Below the pieces are notes generated by a model. That model was given only the letters and a program-made list of their open reading frames with translations, was not told the origin of the DNA and did no database searches. 64,000 nt of DNA from Spizellomyces punctatus DAOM BR117 (taxonomy: Eukaryota). Positions 50,821 to 64,000 of this stretch are shown one piece after another (positions within the stretch are counted from its first letter, which is position 1; each line of letters starts with the position of its first letter). Position numbers and translations under genes: made by a program. The stretch lies in the NCBI GenBank assembly GCA_000182565.2, contig KQ257457.1. One strand, written 5' to 3'.

Positions 50821-52651
50821 ATGTCTACCCAACCGTCTTTATCACCCTACATCCGGTTATCTACTTCAACAGCAACGCTTTCAAGACTGGGACTTCTCCT
50901 CGCAGGGATTGTCTCGGGACTTGCCATCGTCCAAGCATCACGCTATCTTTCTTCAAGATCACGCGACAACAGGTCTACTCGCGCTGGGTACATATCTACC
51001 AAAGAAGACGGTCGGAATGGAGTAATAAAGAAAGAGGATGAAGATGAAGAAGAGTCTATAGTGGATGACGAAGAGGAAGACGAAGTAGAAGTGGAACATG
51101 TCGCGGACCCTGTACCAGTGGATGAAAGTCAAAATCTTTTGACATTGCTATACTCTATTGCTGAGGATCAGGCCCGGAAAGGTGTTGGTCTAGCATGTAC
51201 TCCAGCATCAACAGTTTATGAAAATGGTTACTTATCAATACTGCACTTTCAGAGGGGTACGTGCACCGATCCATAACATGTAACCATTGCGGGACGTCCC
51301 CGATACGAGGATATAGATACAAGTGCGCCAATTGTGTCGACTATGATGTATGCGAGCTTTGTGAGGCCCAGGACATTCACTTCAAGACGCATGTTTTCGT
51401 GAAAATCAGGGTGCCGATTCCGCCGTTGATGAATCCGCGGAGCGCATTATTGGGGGCATTTTATCCCGGTTAGTTTGCGATCACGGACGAAAGTACCCAT
51501 ACCACTTTCTCATCATCTCAACAGGCAAGGACTTTACAAGTGAGCTTCCAGCCTACGACCTGGCGGAGCTGCAACGCATATCACACTGTAAGTGCCACTG
51601 ATTGCATCGGTCCATACACCTTCTAATACCTCTCCAAAGTCGATATTGTCGAACTGGAGGCCTTCCACGACCAATTCCTCTCCCTCTCAACTGCTGAAGG
51701 CGGAATCGACAGAGAAACGTTTGAAAGATGTCTAGGCCCACTTGGGCTGGAAAAAAACCTGATTATTGAGCGGATATTCATGTTTTTCGATCGGGATGGG
51801 AACGGAATTATCAACTTTGAGGAGTTGGTGATGGGTTTATCGGTACTCTGCAAAGGAGGTTTAGATGAGCGAATGAAATGTGAGTTTTTCTGTGAGTATG
51901 TGACAAAATGTTTTGTTGCTTGTTCCTCAAACTGGATCTTTTCGTACATATAGGGGCCTTTAAAGGTTATGATTTAAATAACGACGGGATAATATCCCGT
52001 GAGGAGCTCCACCAAATGTTCAAAGCATATTTTCACCTGTCCATGGAACTAGTCCGGGATGTGGTCAAGACCATGGAAGAAGGAATGATGGAAAGCTTTG
52101 ACGACGAAGCTACCAAACCTGTTTCAGCGGCTTTTGCCGCACCCGGCAGCTCTTCGTCATCTGGGAACCAAGGCGAGGAAGATGAAGAAGATTCTGGGAA
52201 CAAACATGTTGGGAAAAAGGAGGTGATGGACGTGTATGGGAGTTTTGCTGCCGGTACCGAACGATCTGTGTCGTATACCTCGCCAAGTACACGGTCTCCA
52301 CGCCGTCCAAGCATCGATAGTGCTTCCACACGTCGCACACTATCCCTCCGGCGGTCGCTCCCGCATCTCTCGACCTCATCGCCACTCCGAATGTCATTAG
52401 ATCCCTCATCTCCCCATTATCATTCACTTGTCGGTCTTCCCTCCCCAGTTCCACAAAGCGCACAAGAAGAACAATGGCCCGTCATGGAAGCCATGTCGCA
52501 AGATGCTATTGAGGAGATGGTGGAAAAGACGTTTGCATTGGCAGGATTGGATGACGACGATGAGGGGCTGAGCTTCGAGGACTTTAAAAGGGTTGTGGAG
52601 GTGGATAGTAATTTGTTGGCATGGTTTGAAGCTTTGGGAAGTGTATTTTAG
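50821..52651 (+). CDS. N-terminally membrane-anchored ZZ-finger + EF-hand (recoverin/NCS-like) protein
   Basis: TM LGLLLAGIVSGLAIV; HRSITCNHC..YKCANCVDYDVCELCE..H..H; FDRDGNGIINFEE; YDLNNDGIISREE. Confidence 0.9.
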
Positions 52652-52751
52652 TTGGGATATAATGAGATTGTATTTATTGGCTCAACAAATCCTTGTTGGG
52701 ATTCAGTCAATTCATCAGGATTGGCCACTGCTTAAAGGCATGGTTGCTCTA

Positions 52752-53909
52752 TCACGCGACAGCCGCATAACGCTCGGCTACATTCTTCCAGTTAACAACC
52801 TTCCAGATCGCCTTCAGGTAGTCGGGGCGAACGTTCTTGTACTGCAGGTAGTACGCCTATTGAATGCCGATGTCAGCATACAATTACCTTCCGCCAAATT
52901 ACTCTCACATAGTGAGAAAATGCAGGACTTACGTGCTCCCATACATCCACCCCCAACAACGGTACCAAAGTCGTCAAAGGATCCTGGTTAGGTGTGGTAG
53001 CAATCTCGAGTCTCTTGGTCGCTTTGTTAAATCCCTAATGAGGTTTCGTCAGCCCAGTCGCTTTGAGCTTGCCACATTGGAGATTAACACTCACCAACCA
53101 ACCCCAACCACTACCCTGCACACCAGCCGCCTGGGCGCTAAACTTTTTCGTAAACTCGTCAATGGACCCGAATTCAGAGTTGATGGCGTTCAAAAGGGCG
53201 CCTTTGTGTAGGGTACTTAGAGGCAGACTTCAACTATCATTGAAAAGGACAGGTTTACCTTTGGGAAGTTCACCGCCCCCCTTGCCATTTGGAGCGAGAT
53301 TCGTCCAGAAGATGCTGTTGAAAAGGACGCCGCGATGGATGAGGTCCCGAGCTGGAAGCGTTCGCTGTATGATCAACTGGAATTATCACATACCTGTGGT
53401 TAATATGACCTACAAAGGACGCAAAAATAGAGCAACGTTGAGATACGCTCTCTGGTTCAAGGGTGAGGCGTAACGGGGTACGTACCGCCTCCGTTGAATT
53501 TCAGAAGGGGTTGCAGAGAAATCTGCTCCTTCAGATCGTTCTTGGCCTTGGCCTCAAAGAACTTTTCCTCAGCTTGGTTGATGCCGTTCACATAAGCTTG
53601 ATGGTGCTTGGAGTGGTGAAGTTGCATGATTTCGGCTTTTCACCTCGACAATGAGTTTGCTGTTCGAGCTAGCTTTATACCGACTTTAAGAACTTACCAG
53701 AAATGTAGGGTTCGAGCTAGTAAAAGGAATGTCAAAGGTGTAAGAACCTGCCGTTAAAGCGTATCGGCAAGCTAAAGTGTTCTGCTTACCGCATTGTAGT
53801 CATATGGAAGGTCGGGAAGAGTGTACTTTGTTCTCCTTCCGGCAACGGAACCCAAGGCAGAGAGGCCTCTGGTGCGGAGTGTGCTCACAGGACGCGTAAG
53901 AGCGAGCAT
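52752..53909 (-). CDS. SOD2: Mitochondrial Mn superoxide dismutase
   Basis: Presequence [95 protein letters not shown]. Confidence 0.96.
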
Positions 53910-54123
53910 TTTTGTTCGTAGATGTGCGTCGTAATGGAATGCAGATGGGTTGAAGGGACGATGACAAGCGCACACAACATCATGGCCATCATCAAGTCCA
54001 TTAGTTATCTTGTTGCCATAGAAGCAGATATGACTCATCGATAGTTCCCTTTTTGAGTTGAGAACGGAAAGAATCGCGTATTGCACTAGGTTCAAAACGG
54101 TCCCCAATCACCGTCTCGACACA

Positions 54124-54709
54124 ATGTTCCGCCAGACCCTGTCCTCTACTCGTGTCCTTGCCCGCAGCTTCCGGCCACAACTTATTCAGCGGACAGCCTT
54201 TCTATCTTTGCGCGGATACGCCAGTATGTATTGCATCCGAATCTCTAAACATTTTCTAAGCTAACCGCATAGTCAAGCGCGGAAATACACCCCCGAGCAC
54301 GAATGGGTCTCTGTGGATGCTAATGGAGTCGGCACCGTAGGAATCACCGAATACGCTGCAAAAGCTCTCGGTGACGTAGTGTTTGTCGAAATTCCCGAGG
54401 TTGGAACACCTGTTCTGCAGAAAGAGCAGTTGAGCGCTGTCGAGAGTGTGAAGGCTGCTAGCGATGTATATGCGCCTTTGAGTGGGGAGGTGATTGAAGT
54501 TAATCAGGAGCTGGAGAGCGAGCCGAGCTTGATCAACTCGAGTCCGTTCGAGAAAGGTTTGTACGATTATAGTTGGTGCCCCCTGAGTGAGCCCTGTAAT
54601 AACTGGCCGGCACGTGACAGGATGGATCGCTAAGATCAAGCTTACGAAAAAGGAGGAGCTGGACGGTTTGCTGGATGAGGCAGCGTATGCTGAACATATC
54701 AAGGAATAG
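54124..54709 (+). CDS. GCV3: Glycine cleavage system H protein (mitochondrial)
   Basis: Presequence; [60 protein letters not shown]. Confidence 0.96.
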
Positions 54710-55537
54710 AAGTGATACGGGAGGGGGGGTAATTATATGCCATTGGAAACCAGTTCTTACCAATACATCTCGGTAAATCAATCCCAGTGTAACCTAACTC
54801 GTAGCTTTCTGGCATAATTTGTAACCTGCGTCGTATCTTTCTGTCATAATTTGGGCCGCCAGGTCTAGCGTCAAATTATGAGATCTGTTTTGAAGCGATC
54901 GCATCAACGCATTTTGTTGCGCAGGGCACTTCATCAAGGGCGGCCATTGCTTATGTTAGCAAGAGGCAGAGACGAATGCAAATGACGCCACTTTTAAGGT
55001 TAGACTTATGAAAACGCAAGGGCTTGTCAACAGGGAATTTACAGGATACGTGTGGTATAACAGGATAAGTGTCTGCAGACGTACACGAAGCGTTTATGAG
55101 TGTAGTCATGAGTAGTATAAACAAATCATCAATTGACTATCCAACACGACTATTGCTGATTTCCTACCATGCATGCATATCCAAATGTACCCCATATATG
55201 AATGCGAGTATTGTGCGGGTATATCCTGTGCTCATCATCTGGCTTAAAACACCGAAGCGATGTTTATGGAGGCTGTGGATATGCCCAGGCATTGGAACCT
55301 TGGTTAGGGTCATGTCATACCGATGCACGTGTCACCGGAGCCGCCAACACCCGAAAAGACAATGGTGTGTAGACGATCTGTAGCCCCACTATCGGTACTG
55401 ATCTCAAAATGATGTCCAGATATCCCTGGGATGAGATACATATCCCGAATGGCTACCCTTCCTGACAGTAAGGTGATGTTTGTGCTATACAAGTATGAAT
55501 TCCCTGAAGCCTACTTGTATTACCCATTGACTATAGA

Positions 55538-56357
55538 CACGTGAATCGGATGCGGGGCATGGGAGCCACTCGACTCCGCCCGCCTGCTCACGCGATGGCA
55601 CGCAACCCTACTTTTGTACTCGTAGATCGGATAACAGAGTTGAACAACAAAATAAAGGCAGCCGCCTTGCTCCATCAAAAGCACGTCATTGGAGAGAAAA
55701 TACGGAGATCCATCTCTCCAACACCATTTTGGCCAAACAGGATCAAGTCTACCGAGCGGAAAAATCACACATTGGGAATGAATTGTTTTGGTTGTGCCAG
55801 GGATTGAAACCCTCCGAACGTTCCGATATCCACTTATCTCGTTTTGTTGCTCAGCAGACATGTGCTGGCAAACCCATTGAATGGCAGGGAGTGTAAAATC
55901 AAGGTTTGAAAAAAAGAAAAAGATCGCAAAGGACATCGGAAGGCTCCTTGTTCCGTGTGTTTCCCTTCGTTTTCAACCGCTTGTGTTCACTCCTGTGTCC
56001 AAAACCAATAGTTCCATATGTCACTCTTGCATACAAGTATAGCGTTTATCTAGATCTTGGAACAATCTCTCGCCATTCCAATGCTGAATAACGCGCTTCT
56101 TCCACCCCACACGTGACACTTCAAGAGAGACGCGCTACTAAGCCATCCTAGTAGATTTCAAATAATCCACGTGATATGAGCGATATGTGGCTTGTCGATT
56201 AGATTGGACCAATCACAAGAGGCATCGCGCAATCCAAGTTGCGAGTTGGCAAGTTGACGGAGAGCGCGATCTTTTTGTTTTTTAGAGTTTTGGAAGGGAG
56301 TAGGTGGGGGTGGGATTTACGTTTTTTAAGAACGATCAACATTAGCGACTATAAAAG
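55538..56357 (+). promoter_or_regulatory. Sulfate transporter upstream region: three CACGTGA E-boxes (55538, 56110, 56168), CCAAT (~56209), TATAAAAG (~56350)
   Basis: Motifs read directly. TCACGTG is the Cbf1 site of yeast sulfur-regulon promoters. Confidence 0.55.
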
Positions 56358-56556
56358 TAGGGACCCTTGGCTTTCCCCCCTCCATTCACTTTATCCTTCC
56401 ACCCTCTTGTCAAGCTTCTTCATATTGCCAGCTCACGGCGATTGGCAAGGCGGTTCTCCTCAGCAGAGATCTACAGGAACTGCTTCTACTGAACGTGCCA
56501 CGCTTCTCTCATCATCCTCGCACCCAACGCATTACGGTACTTCCCCATCGTCGGCA

Positions 56557-58884
56557 ATGACATACAAGGCTTCAGGACCCACCAAGGTCCAGTCAAGATA
56601 CCCGACTCAATATCAGCAATTTGCTCAAAAGGCAAAGAATGGTCTCCGTCATGTTCCCGAATATAGCGTCGACTATGTCCGCGGGTTGTTCCCTATCGCT
56701 AGCTGGTTGCCCCGTTACAACAGGGACTGGCTTTATGGTGATTTAATTGCCGGTTTGACGGTTGGAATTGTAGTCATTCCACAGGTATGATATAGATTGA
56801 TCGCTTGGAGCAAAACAGATCAGGATGACTAATCTAGATACCTTTCTCTATAGGCCCTTGCTTATGCCAAACTCGCCACTCTTCCCCTTCAGTATGGTCT
56901 CTATACTTCCTTCACTGGTGTTCTGATCTACGCTCTGTTTGCCACGTCTAAAGACGTTACCATCGGTGCCACCGCTGTCCTTTCTCAGTTGACGGGTCAA
57001 GTTCTCGCCACGTACAATGCTGACAAGTCCATGGATCCTGTCACCTTTGCCATCGCGGTTTCGTTCTTGACTGGTCTAATTCAATTAGCGCTGGGTCTCT
57101 TTCGACTGGGTATCATTGTTGACTTCATTCCTGCTCCTGTCATTGCCGGATTTACGACTGGTGCTGGTATCGGAATCATCATTGGCCAGTTTGCCGGGCT
57201 CCTCGGTATCAAGGGAATCAACACAAACGATCCTGCCTACCAAGTTCTTGGAAACACTTTGAAAGCCCTAGGACAGACGCAGCTGGACGCGGCGTTTGGC
57301 TTTGCCGGTCTGGTATCTCTCCTACTGTTCAAGTTTGGTTGTCGATACGCAGTTAAGCGCGGTTATCCTTTCATGAAATGGGTCTCCCTTTCCCGGAACG
57401 CAGTTGTCATCATCATCTTCACCGCGATCAGCTACGCTATTAACCACCAGAACCGCAAGTCGCCCAGAATTCGGATTGTTGGGGATATTCCAAAGGGATT
57501 TGGTCCCATTCACGTTCCGGACGTTAGCGATCTCAGCAAGGTGGCCCCAGCATCTGTCACCGTCGTCATCGTTGCAATTCTCGAGCATATTGCGGTTGTA
57601 AAAAGTTATGGTCGTCTAAACGGCTACCGCCCAGATGCCAACCAAGAATTAGTTGCTTTGGGTTTCACCAACTTTCTCGGATCCTTCTTGGGTGCCTACC
57701 CGGCAACCGGATCTTTCTCCCGATCTGCAATCAAATCTCAATCTGGCGTCCGAAGTCCGCTTGCCGCGCTGTTCACCGCCGCGATCGTTGTCCTGGCACT
57801 GTATGTGCTGACCCCACTCTTCTACTATATTCCTAGTGCCATCCTGTCCGCAATCATCATTAGTGCCATCAGTGACCTGATCAGTCGGCCAGCTCTCGTC
57901 AAGCAGCTCTGGGACATTCAATTCTTGGATCTGTTTGCTTTCCTTCTGGCTCTCGTTTTCACGTTCTTCTTCAGTATCGAGACTGGTATCTATGTGTCTG
58001 TCGGCTTTGCTGTTGCCGTCCTTCTATATCGTCTTGCTCGCCCGCATTACCAAGTTTTGGCTCGTTCGAACGACACTGGTATCTGGGTGAATGTAAAGGA
58101 CGCTCAACTCGGCCACACTGCGTCACCACCGCCACCTGGGGTTTTGGTATTCAAGCTGGAGGAGAGTTTGACCTACCCAAATGCCAACTATTTTGCGGAG
58201 CATATCAAGGAAATTATGATTGAAAGTACGGAATTTGGGGGCCCGATATTAAAATCAAATCAGAAACTGTGGTGTGATGATACGGACGATAAGATCAAAA
58301 GAGCGAGGAAGGCCCTCGCCAAAAAGAAGGCTGTGTCAGAACAGGAGATCGTTCCAGATATTCGTCTGGAAATTCGCGATAATGACAACTCTCCGAGTGT
58401 CACACCGCCTCGAAAAGAAAGCGTCGACTCGGGTTCTCACTCGGACGAGACATTGACAAGTCTTCCTCGTCTTCGCGCGGTTGTTTTTGATTTTTCTGCA
58501 GTCAACGGGATCGACTCTACTGGTGTTCAAACTCTAGTCGACCTTCGTCGGGACATGGATGCGTTTGCCGGACAACGAGTTGAAATCCACTTTGCTCACG
58601 TGCGGCCACGATTCGAACGTATACTGGAATACTTTCTAGCGATTACACGAACAGACCGGGATGTTACCCCAGTTGTTCCCACAGATATTCCTATTGAGGA
58701 GACTGCCACCAACTCTAATCCCCCAAGTTCTACCGACAAAAACCTAGTTCCTTTTGTTGATGTAAGAGAGTTGTTCCACGCTACCGTTGACCTGGCAGTT
58801 GCTGCGATTGAGCGCCGCCGTAGTCGTGCATCCAGCTTTGAAAAGAAGCAGCCCGAGATTGACGAGATCAAGGTGCACAGTTAG
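56557..58884 (+). CDS. SulP/SLC26 sulfate transporter with STAS domain
   Basis: GDLIAGLTVGIVVIPQ|ALAYAKLA..YGLY, NQELVALG..GSFSRSA, STAS VVFDFSAVNGIDSTGVQTL. Intron 56785-56853. Confidence 0.95.
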
Positions 58885-59535
58885 TGTAGAATAGCAAACT
58901 CTCTCGCATATTGGATTTATTTTGTGTATATATGCTGTTTCCTTTATTTTATTGGTGTTGGAATGTTATACCGAATACATCTTTTAACAAAAGAGTGTGC
59001 GTTGTGAAGTCTCCTCCCAAGAGAGAGTCGCCCTCTGAGGCTTAGCCAATCCCTTTAAGGTTTTGGATTATCACCCAAATAACACCGAGGGTGATAATTG
59101 AGACGCTTGGATGTGTCTTTCCGCCCTGGTCTTTTGGCAGGCTCGTTTTGTCATTTGCGATTCCAACAAGGATTTTTTTTTTTTTGTTCGCAGTTTTATA
59201 CACGCAGCTACACGCTTAGTGACAGCGCCTTATTCGACCAGCTAAAGCTGCAAATCCGGCGGGTGCTTTTCTTGTTTTATGCCGACCTGTCAAAATCGTC
59301 CCTCGGTTTCGAATCGGATAGATTATCAAAGTGATTCTTCCCAGCGGTCATAGCACTCGCTCTTTACGTTTGACGTTGCACCGGAGAAAGCGTCTTCTTG
59401 TTGACCCAGTATCCATCAAATTGCGGTAGCACTTTGGGTCGTTAGAACCTCCGAGGTTCAGGTGTTTTTGCCCATTGTTAGCCCTTTGGACGTCATCCCA
59501 GTCGCTGTTTGGACTCGACACTACCTCCTCACAGG

Positions 59536-62053
59536 ATGCCGCCGTGGAGGGGTATCCTGGGGTGGGCTGTTTGGCCGATACTAATAGGATGGGTGAACGG
59601 TCAGAGCACGACTGGTAAGTTGCTGGTTCACTCGGATAAGATGTTGTGGGTAGGTTACCTAAAAAGCTTCCCTCTAGTGAACGTCCTAATGAAGCCCTTG
59701 TTCTACGATTCAACTGCGGACGAACTCAATCAACTGATCTCACTCAAGAATCAGTTCTTCCAGTCCACTGGAATAGATATTCGCTTTGACTTGCAACCAC
59801 CTGTAAGGCGCTATAACGATCTGTAGCGTTTTTTTCTTGTGAGTATTGTAGATCTAACCCTGCATTTGTAGCAAACGGCAGATCCTGCTGACTACTATGC
59901 GTTTGTCCACCCCTTGCTCAGCAAATCCGATTCAACGTACGATATCATTGCTCTCGATGTGTCATGGCTGGAGGAATGGCCGGGGGCTTTTTTCAATCTA
60001 TTCACATGGGGCCCAGAGACCGGGCAGGCGCAGATTGGGCAGGCGGTAAGTGACAGGGTTAGTGAGCAGTATGCGGGCATTGTAAATAGTGATGCGGTGA
60101 AGGGAAATTTAGGTAGGTTGCACTATTTTTGTTCCGTGTATCTCTCAACTGGTTGTGCTGATTTGCTGTTTGATGTCAAAAGTTGCCTTGCCGATGTGGA
60201 CGGATTATGGAGTGATATACGCAAGAACGGATTTGCTAGCAAAATACAACGTGACGATGCCGACGAGTTTGGATGATATGGCCGCCGCTTGTGAAACCAT
60301 TTATCCAGCTGAACTGGCTTCGCATCGCTCTCTTCTGTGCTTTGTAGCCGGCTTTCAAGGTTCGTATGCGCACATTTTGTTATGAGGATTCGTCGAACTA
60401 AAGAAGGTAATCTACTTAGGGCTGGACATTGTTGAGCTATTTTCCGAACTTTTCATGACCGTGAGCCCATCCGGGGGCGATCTGTTAAAGTTTGGCCATC
60501 AAGTCGCAATAAATAACCCTCAAAATCAAGGCGTTCTTAACGAACTATTGGAATGGATTTCGAAAGGATACATCTCTCAAAAGACTCTCGCTTTTACCGG
60601 TACAAAGGCGCTACAAACCTGGTTGACCGGTGACGCCATTTTCTATCGGGGCTCCACTTCTGCGGCAAAGAGAACCTCGGAGGCATTTGCCGGAAAGGGA
60701 TGGACATATAAAGTAATCTCAGGCAACAGCCCCGGAGCGGCAAACCCGTTTGCCTCCGTACGAGGGGGATATCATTTGGCAATGCCACGAGCTGGAGGGC
60801 ATCAGAATGATACTCAGGTTATTCAAGCCTTACTGTTCTTGACTGGATCAGTGGTGCAGCAGGCGAGGGCCGCCACGTTCGGTGCACCCCCTACGTTAAA
60901 GACTTTGTATAATGGTATGTGGGTTGTTCCTCCGAGATGATTTGGCAAACAACATCTAATATTTTGAGTCGATTTTTCAGATTCAGCAGTCTGTGCCTCT
61001 GTACGCTGCGATGTAATTCCCAGTCTCGTACCATTTAATCTTCCATCTAGCGCTGCTGCACCAGTTTGGATTGAAGTAGCGCTTACAATGTCAAAGTACT
61101 TTGCGGGGATTCTCGCCGGTACATACGCTGTCAGCGCCGGTCTTGATGCCGCCACCACCGCGATCATGAATATTTTCAATAAAACTTCAGATACGGGTTT
61201 GGGAACAACCGCGATAATACTCATATCGGTTTTCATGTCTCTAGCGGCGGTGGGACTTTTGGCGGGGACCGGAGTAATTGTATGGAAAAGGAAAACACGA
61301 CGAAAGCAAAAGGAGGCTAAAGCCAGTAGTGAGAAGGCTGTGGCGGTAGACGAGGAGAGCCCTCCAACAAATGGCCAGGCGTTACCACCGTTGGCAGAGA
61401 TCCCAGAGGCAACGAGATTACATGTATCAGTACGTCCAGCTCGACGACCCGAAAGCGGGGATGTCGCTGTTGGGAATCAAAAAATACCAGCAGACGGTGT
61501 ATCAAGCGCTGAACGAGGTTCCTACGATCTAGGCGAATACCGAGTATATGACAAAGGAAAGCCTCGAAGTCGAACATCCTCCACCGAGGGCCAACTCACT
61601 CAAAAGTTCACCGTCATCCACCCCTACAAACCCGTCATGGGCGACGAAATGGAAATCAAACCCGGCGATGTAGTCTCTGTGCGCTTAGCTTACGACGACG
61701 GCTACGCCTTTGGTCAAATAGAAGGCAGCGGAGGTAAAGCTGGCGTCTTCCCGCTCGCCTGTCTCCTTCCGGTCGGTTTAGAAGTTGGGCTCCCAAGTCG
61801 GCTCGAGAGCGGCGCGATGAATATGGCCGTCATGCAGCACGCACCCGAAAAAGTGGATTCCCTTGAAATGCTATTATTGAGTGGTCGCATCACGGAGCAA
61901 ACGTATCTGGCCCTGCGAAGGGAGCAAGAAGAAGAGTTACGGACTCAAAGGCAGATTACGGCGTTGAGGGAGCGGCTAAGAGATTCCAGTCTTGAGCAGG
62001 AGGAACGGAAAAAGTTGCAGCGAAGACTGGATGAATTGGAGTTGGGTATTTAA
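59536..62053 (+). CDS. Receptor-like protein: signal peptide, bacterial-type sugar solute-binding domain, TM, SH3, coiled tail
   Basis: YDIIALDVSWLEEW, ALPMWTDYGVIYARTDLLAKY..PTSLDDM and GGYHLAM resemble family-1 ABC sugar-binding proteins. TM IILISVFMSLAAVGLLAGTGVIVW+KRK. SH3 VIHPYKPVMGDEMEIKPGD..DDGYAFG..GVFPLACL. Confidence 0.82.
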
Positions 62054-62486
62054 ATGTGACGGTAGACAAATAGTTTTTAGGAATAGGTTGAGAGTGTCGG
62101 CGGGGAAGGGTATCCATCCTATAAGGGCAAGGAAGGATATCTCGTTGCTTCCTGTATCTTTTAGTTCCGCATTTTTTTTTTGATTTTCTAATTTTATTTT
62201 GGAGACAGACTGCATTGTTTGGCTCAAGGAGTATGTCCACATTATCTAGTGATGTGCACGGTTACAGTTGTAGTATTGTGGATGGAGCGAGAACGGTGAG
62301 GCGATTGGCCTCGTTGATTCACGTCAGCTTTGGGCAATGAATTCCTTTGCAGCCCTGATCACATTCGAGCCTTACGCCTGGTAAGGCCAAATGTATCTTT
62401 GTTAATTATCAATATCAAGAGTAAAATCTCCCATCTCTACTATATACGAGTCAAACCCAATATCATGCATAAAAGCCCCCATTCTA

Positions 62487-64000
62487 CTAGTTAAACTGTT
62501 GAACGCTTGTGATCCTTCCTGACCCACTTGCAGTCTCCACTATGGCATCAGTGGACTCTAGACGCGTTCTTCTATCGACAGCAGCAACGACCACATACTC
62601 TGTTGACACCTTCTCCGCGGTAACCGTCACAACCATGTATCCATGGTCCTTCCCATTGCCAAACTTTAGATGAGGCTGGCTCATTCTCAAGCCAGCTACA
62701 GCCACAGCGCCCGCACCAGGGCTGGTCACACTCGTGCCAACAAACTCCACCAACACCGATCCGCGCCCGGAAATGGGGCCGTATTTGAAGATATTGTATG
62801 GGTCTTCTGGTACATCAAAGGCGAACGCTGTGTGAATGTCGCCAGTCAAGATGACAGTGTTTTGGATGTTATTGTCCGTAAGGTGCGACATGAGCCGAGC
62901 TCGGGATGCGGGATATCCGTCCCAACTGTCTGCACCAGTCAACTGGCCCAGAATCTTCATTGGTGAAAAAGTGACTTGGTTGCCCAAAAGGCGCCATTGT
63001 TTGCCGCCTTGACTGGACTTTGAGAGTTCATTGTAAAGCCAGGATTCTTGATCCGCACCCAGGATCTAAAGTTCAAATGCAAGGATATGAGCCACCAGAA
63101 AAAAAAAAGAAACATTGCTGGAAATTGAGAAAAGTAACTCACAGATCGGCCGGGTGCATTGATTTCTTGTGTTTTCCTCAAATCCGTCTTATCTCTGCCA
63201 GCAATTCTCGTATCCAGCATTATCAAATCCAACAGCTTTCCAACATGGAAACTACGGTAAATCTTGCCCTTTCCATCAATCACGGCCGACCGAATGGGCA
63301 TGTATTCAAAGTATGCCCGCATGGCTGCAAGTTTGCGTTCTTCCCAAGGACCTTGCGTAGAAGGGTTGTGGTTCCCTGCGCCGTCTTTCCACGCGTTGTC
63401 GGCGAATTCATGATCGTCCCAAACGGTAATCCACGGGACGTTTTGGTGAGCGAGCTGTAGATCTGGATCAGTTTTGTATTGGGCGTGGCGGGTGCGGTAG
63501 TCTGAGAGTCTGTTGAGGGTAACATGTTGGCCGGTCTGTTGTAGTAAGACATGTCTCAAACCGTACACAAAACACTTACGTGACAATATCCTTGTCAGGT
63601 TGAGGAATGCGACCGATTGCTGTCCCATCACCGTACTTTTTGTTTGCATATTCATAGATGTAGTCCCCCAAATGCAGCACAACGTCCACATCTGTGCGGT
63701 GTGAGATGCCATTGTATGCATTGAAAAATCCATAAGGGAGGTTACTGCAGCTGACGACGGCCAATTTGTAGCTTTCAACGTCGGCATCCTCGGTAGGAAG
63801 CGTGTGGGTCTTGCCAATGGGAGATGTGGCAGTTCCGGAAGGGGTCTGAACCACAAAGCGGTAGTAGTAAGTAGTCGCGGGTTGGAGACCTTTTACGTCC
63901 ACTTTGACAGTGTAGTCCACGTCGGGGGTTGTCACCACTGTTCCATTCTGCACAAGCGAAGAAAATGCTTCTGTTGTTGAAACTTGGTAGGTTACTGGAA
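62487..64000 (-). CDS. phoD: PhoD-family alkaline phosphatase (5' part outside the window)
   Basis: DYTVKVDVKGLQPATTYYYRF, VVSCSN, LHLGDYIYEY, WDDHEFADNAW, MLDTR, DSWDGY, ILTGDIH, VEFVGTSVTS. Confidence 0.95.

Overview
Eukaryotic, intron-rich (GT-AG, mostly 50-100 nt introns) fungal DNA. Gene content and style suggest an early-diverging fungus, probably a chytrid (inference). Core genes: a multi-reader chromatin protein with an N6-adenine/N4-cytosine-type DNA methyltransferase domain, a secreted alpha-carbonic anhydrase, a HIRAN-SNF2-RING helicase, tRNA-Leu(CAA), Rho1, a DOMON/cyt b561/cyt b5/FNR oxidoreductase with an inserted SH3, a CBS protein, an SP-RING protein, a GFA protein, a dual hybrid histidine kinase, Rad16, a TM-SH3 protein, a ZZ/EF-hand protein, MnSOD, glycine cleavage H, a SulP sulfate transporter, a solute-binding-protein/TM/SH3 receptor and PhoD. 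The standout is an ~8 kb accessory island (about 14.5-22.5 kb) between tRNA-Leu and Rho1. It holds one intact two-exon gene (533 aa) for a probable restriction-endonuclease-fold protein. Its 241-nt intron carries a ~116-nt, multi-helix RNA motif with compensatory base changes. The motif occurs in 7 full copies and 1 partial copy, including tandem arrays of 3 and 2 units inside intron remnants of decayed or nuclease-deleted paralogs. I cannot match it to any RNA class I know, so it is a candidate novel nuclease-plus-structured-RNA system. Exon boundaries were read by eye, and some gene starts are uncertain.
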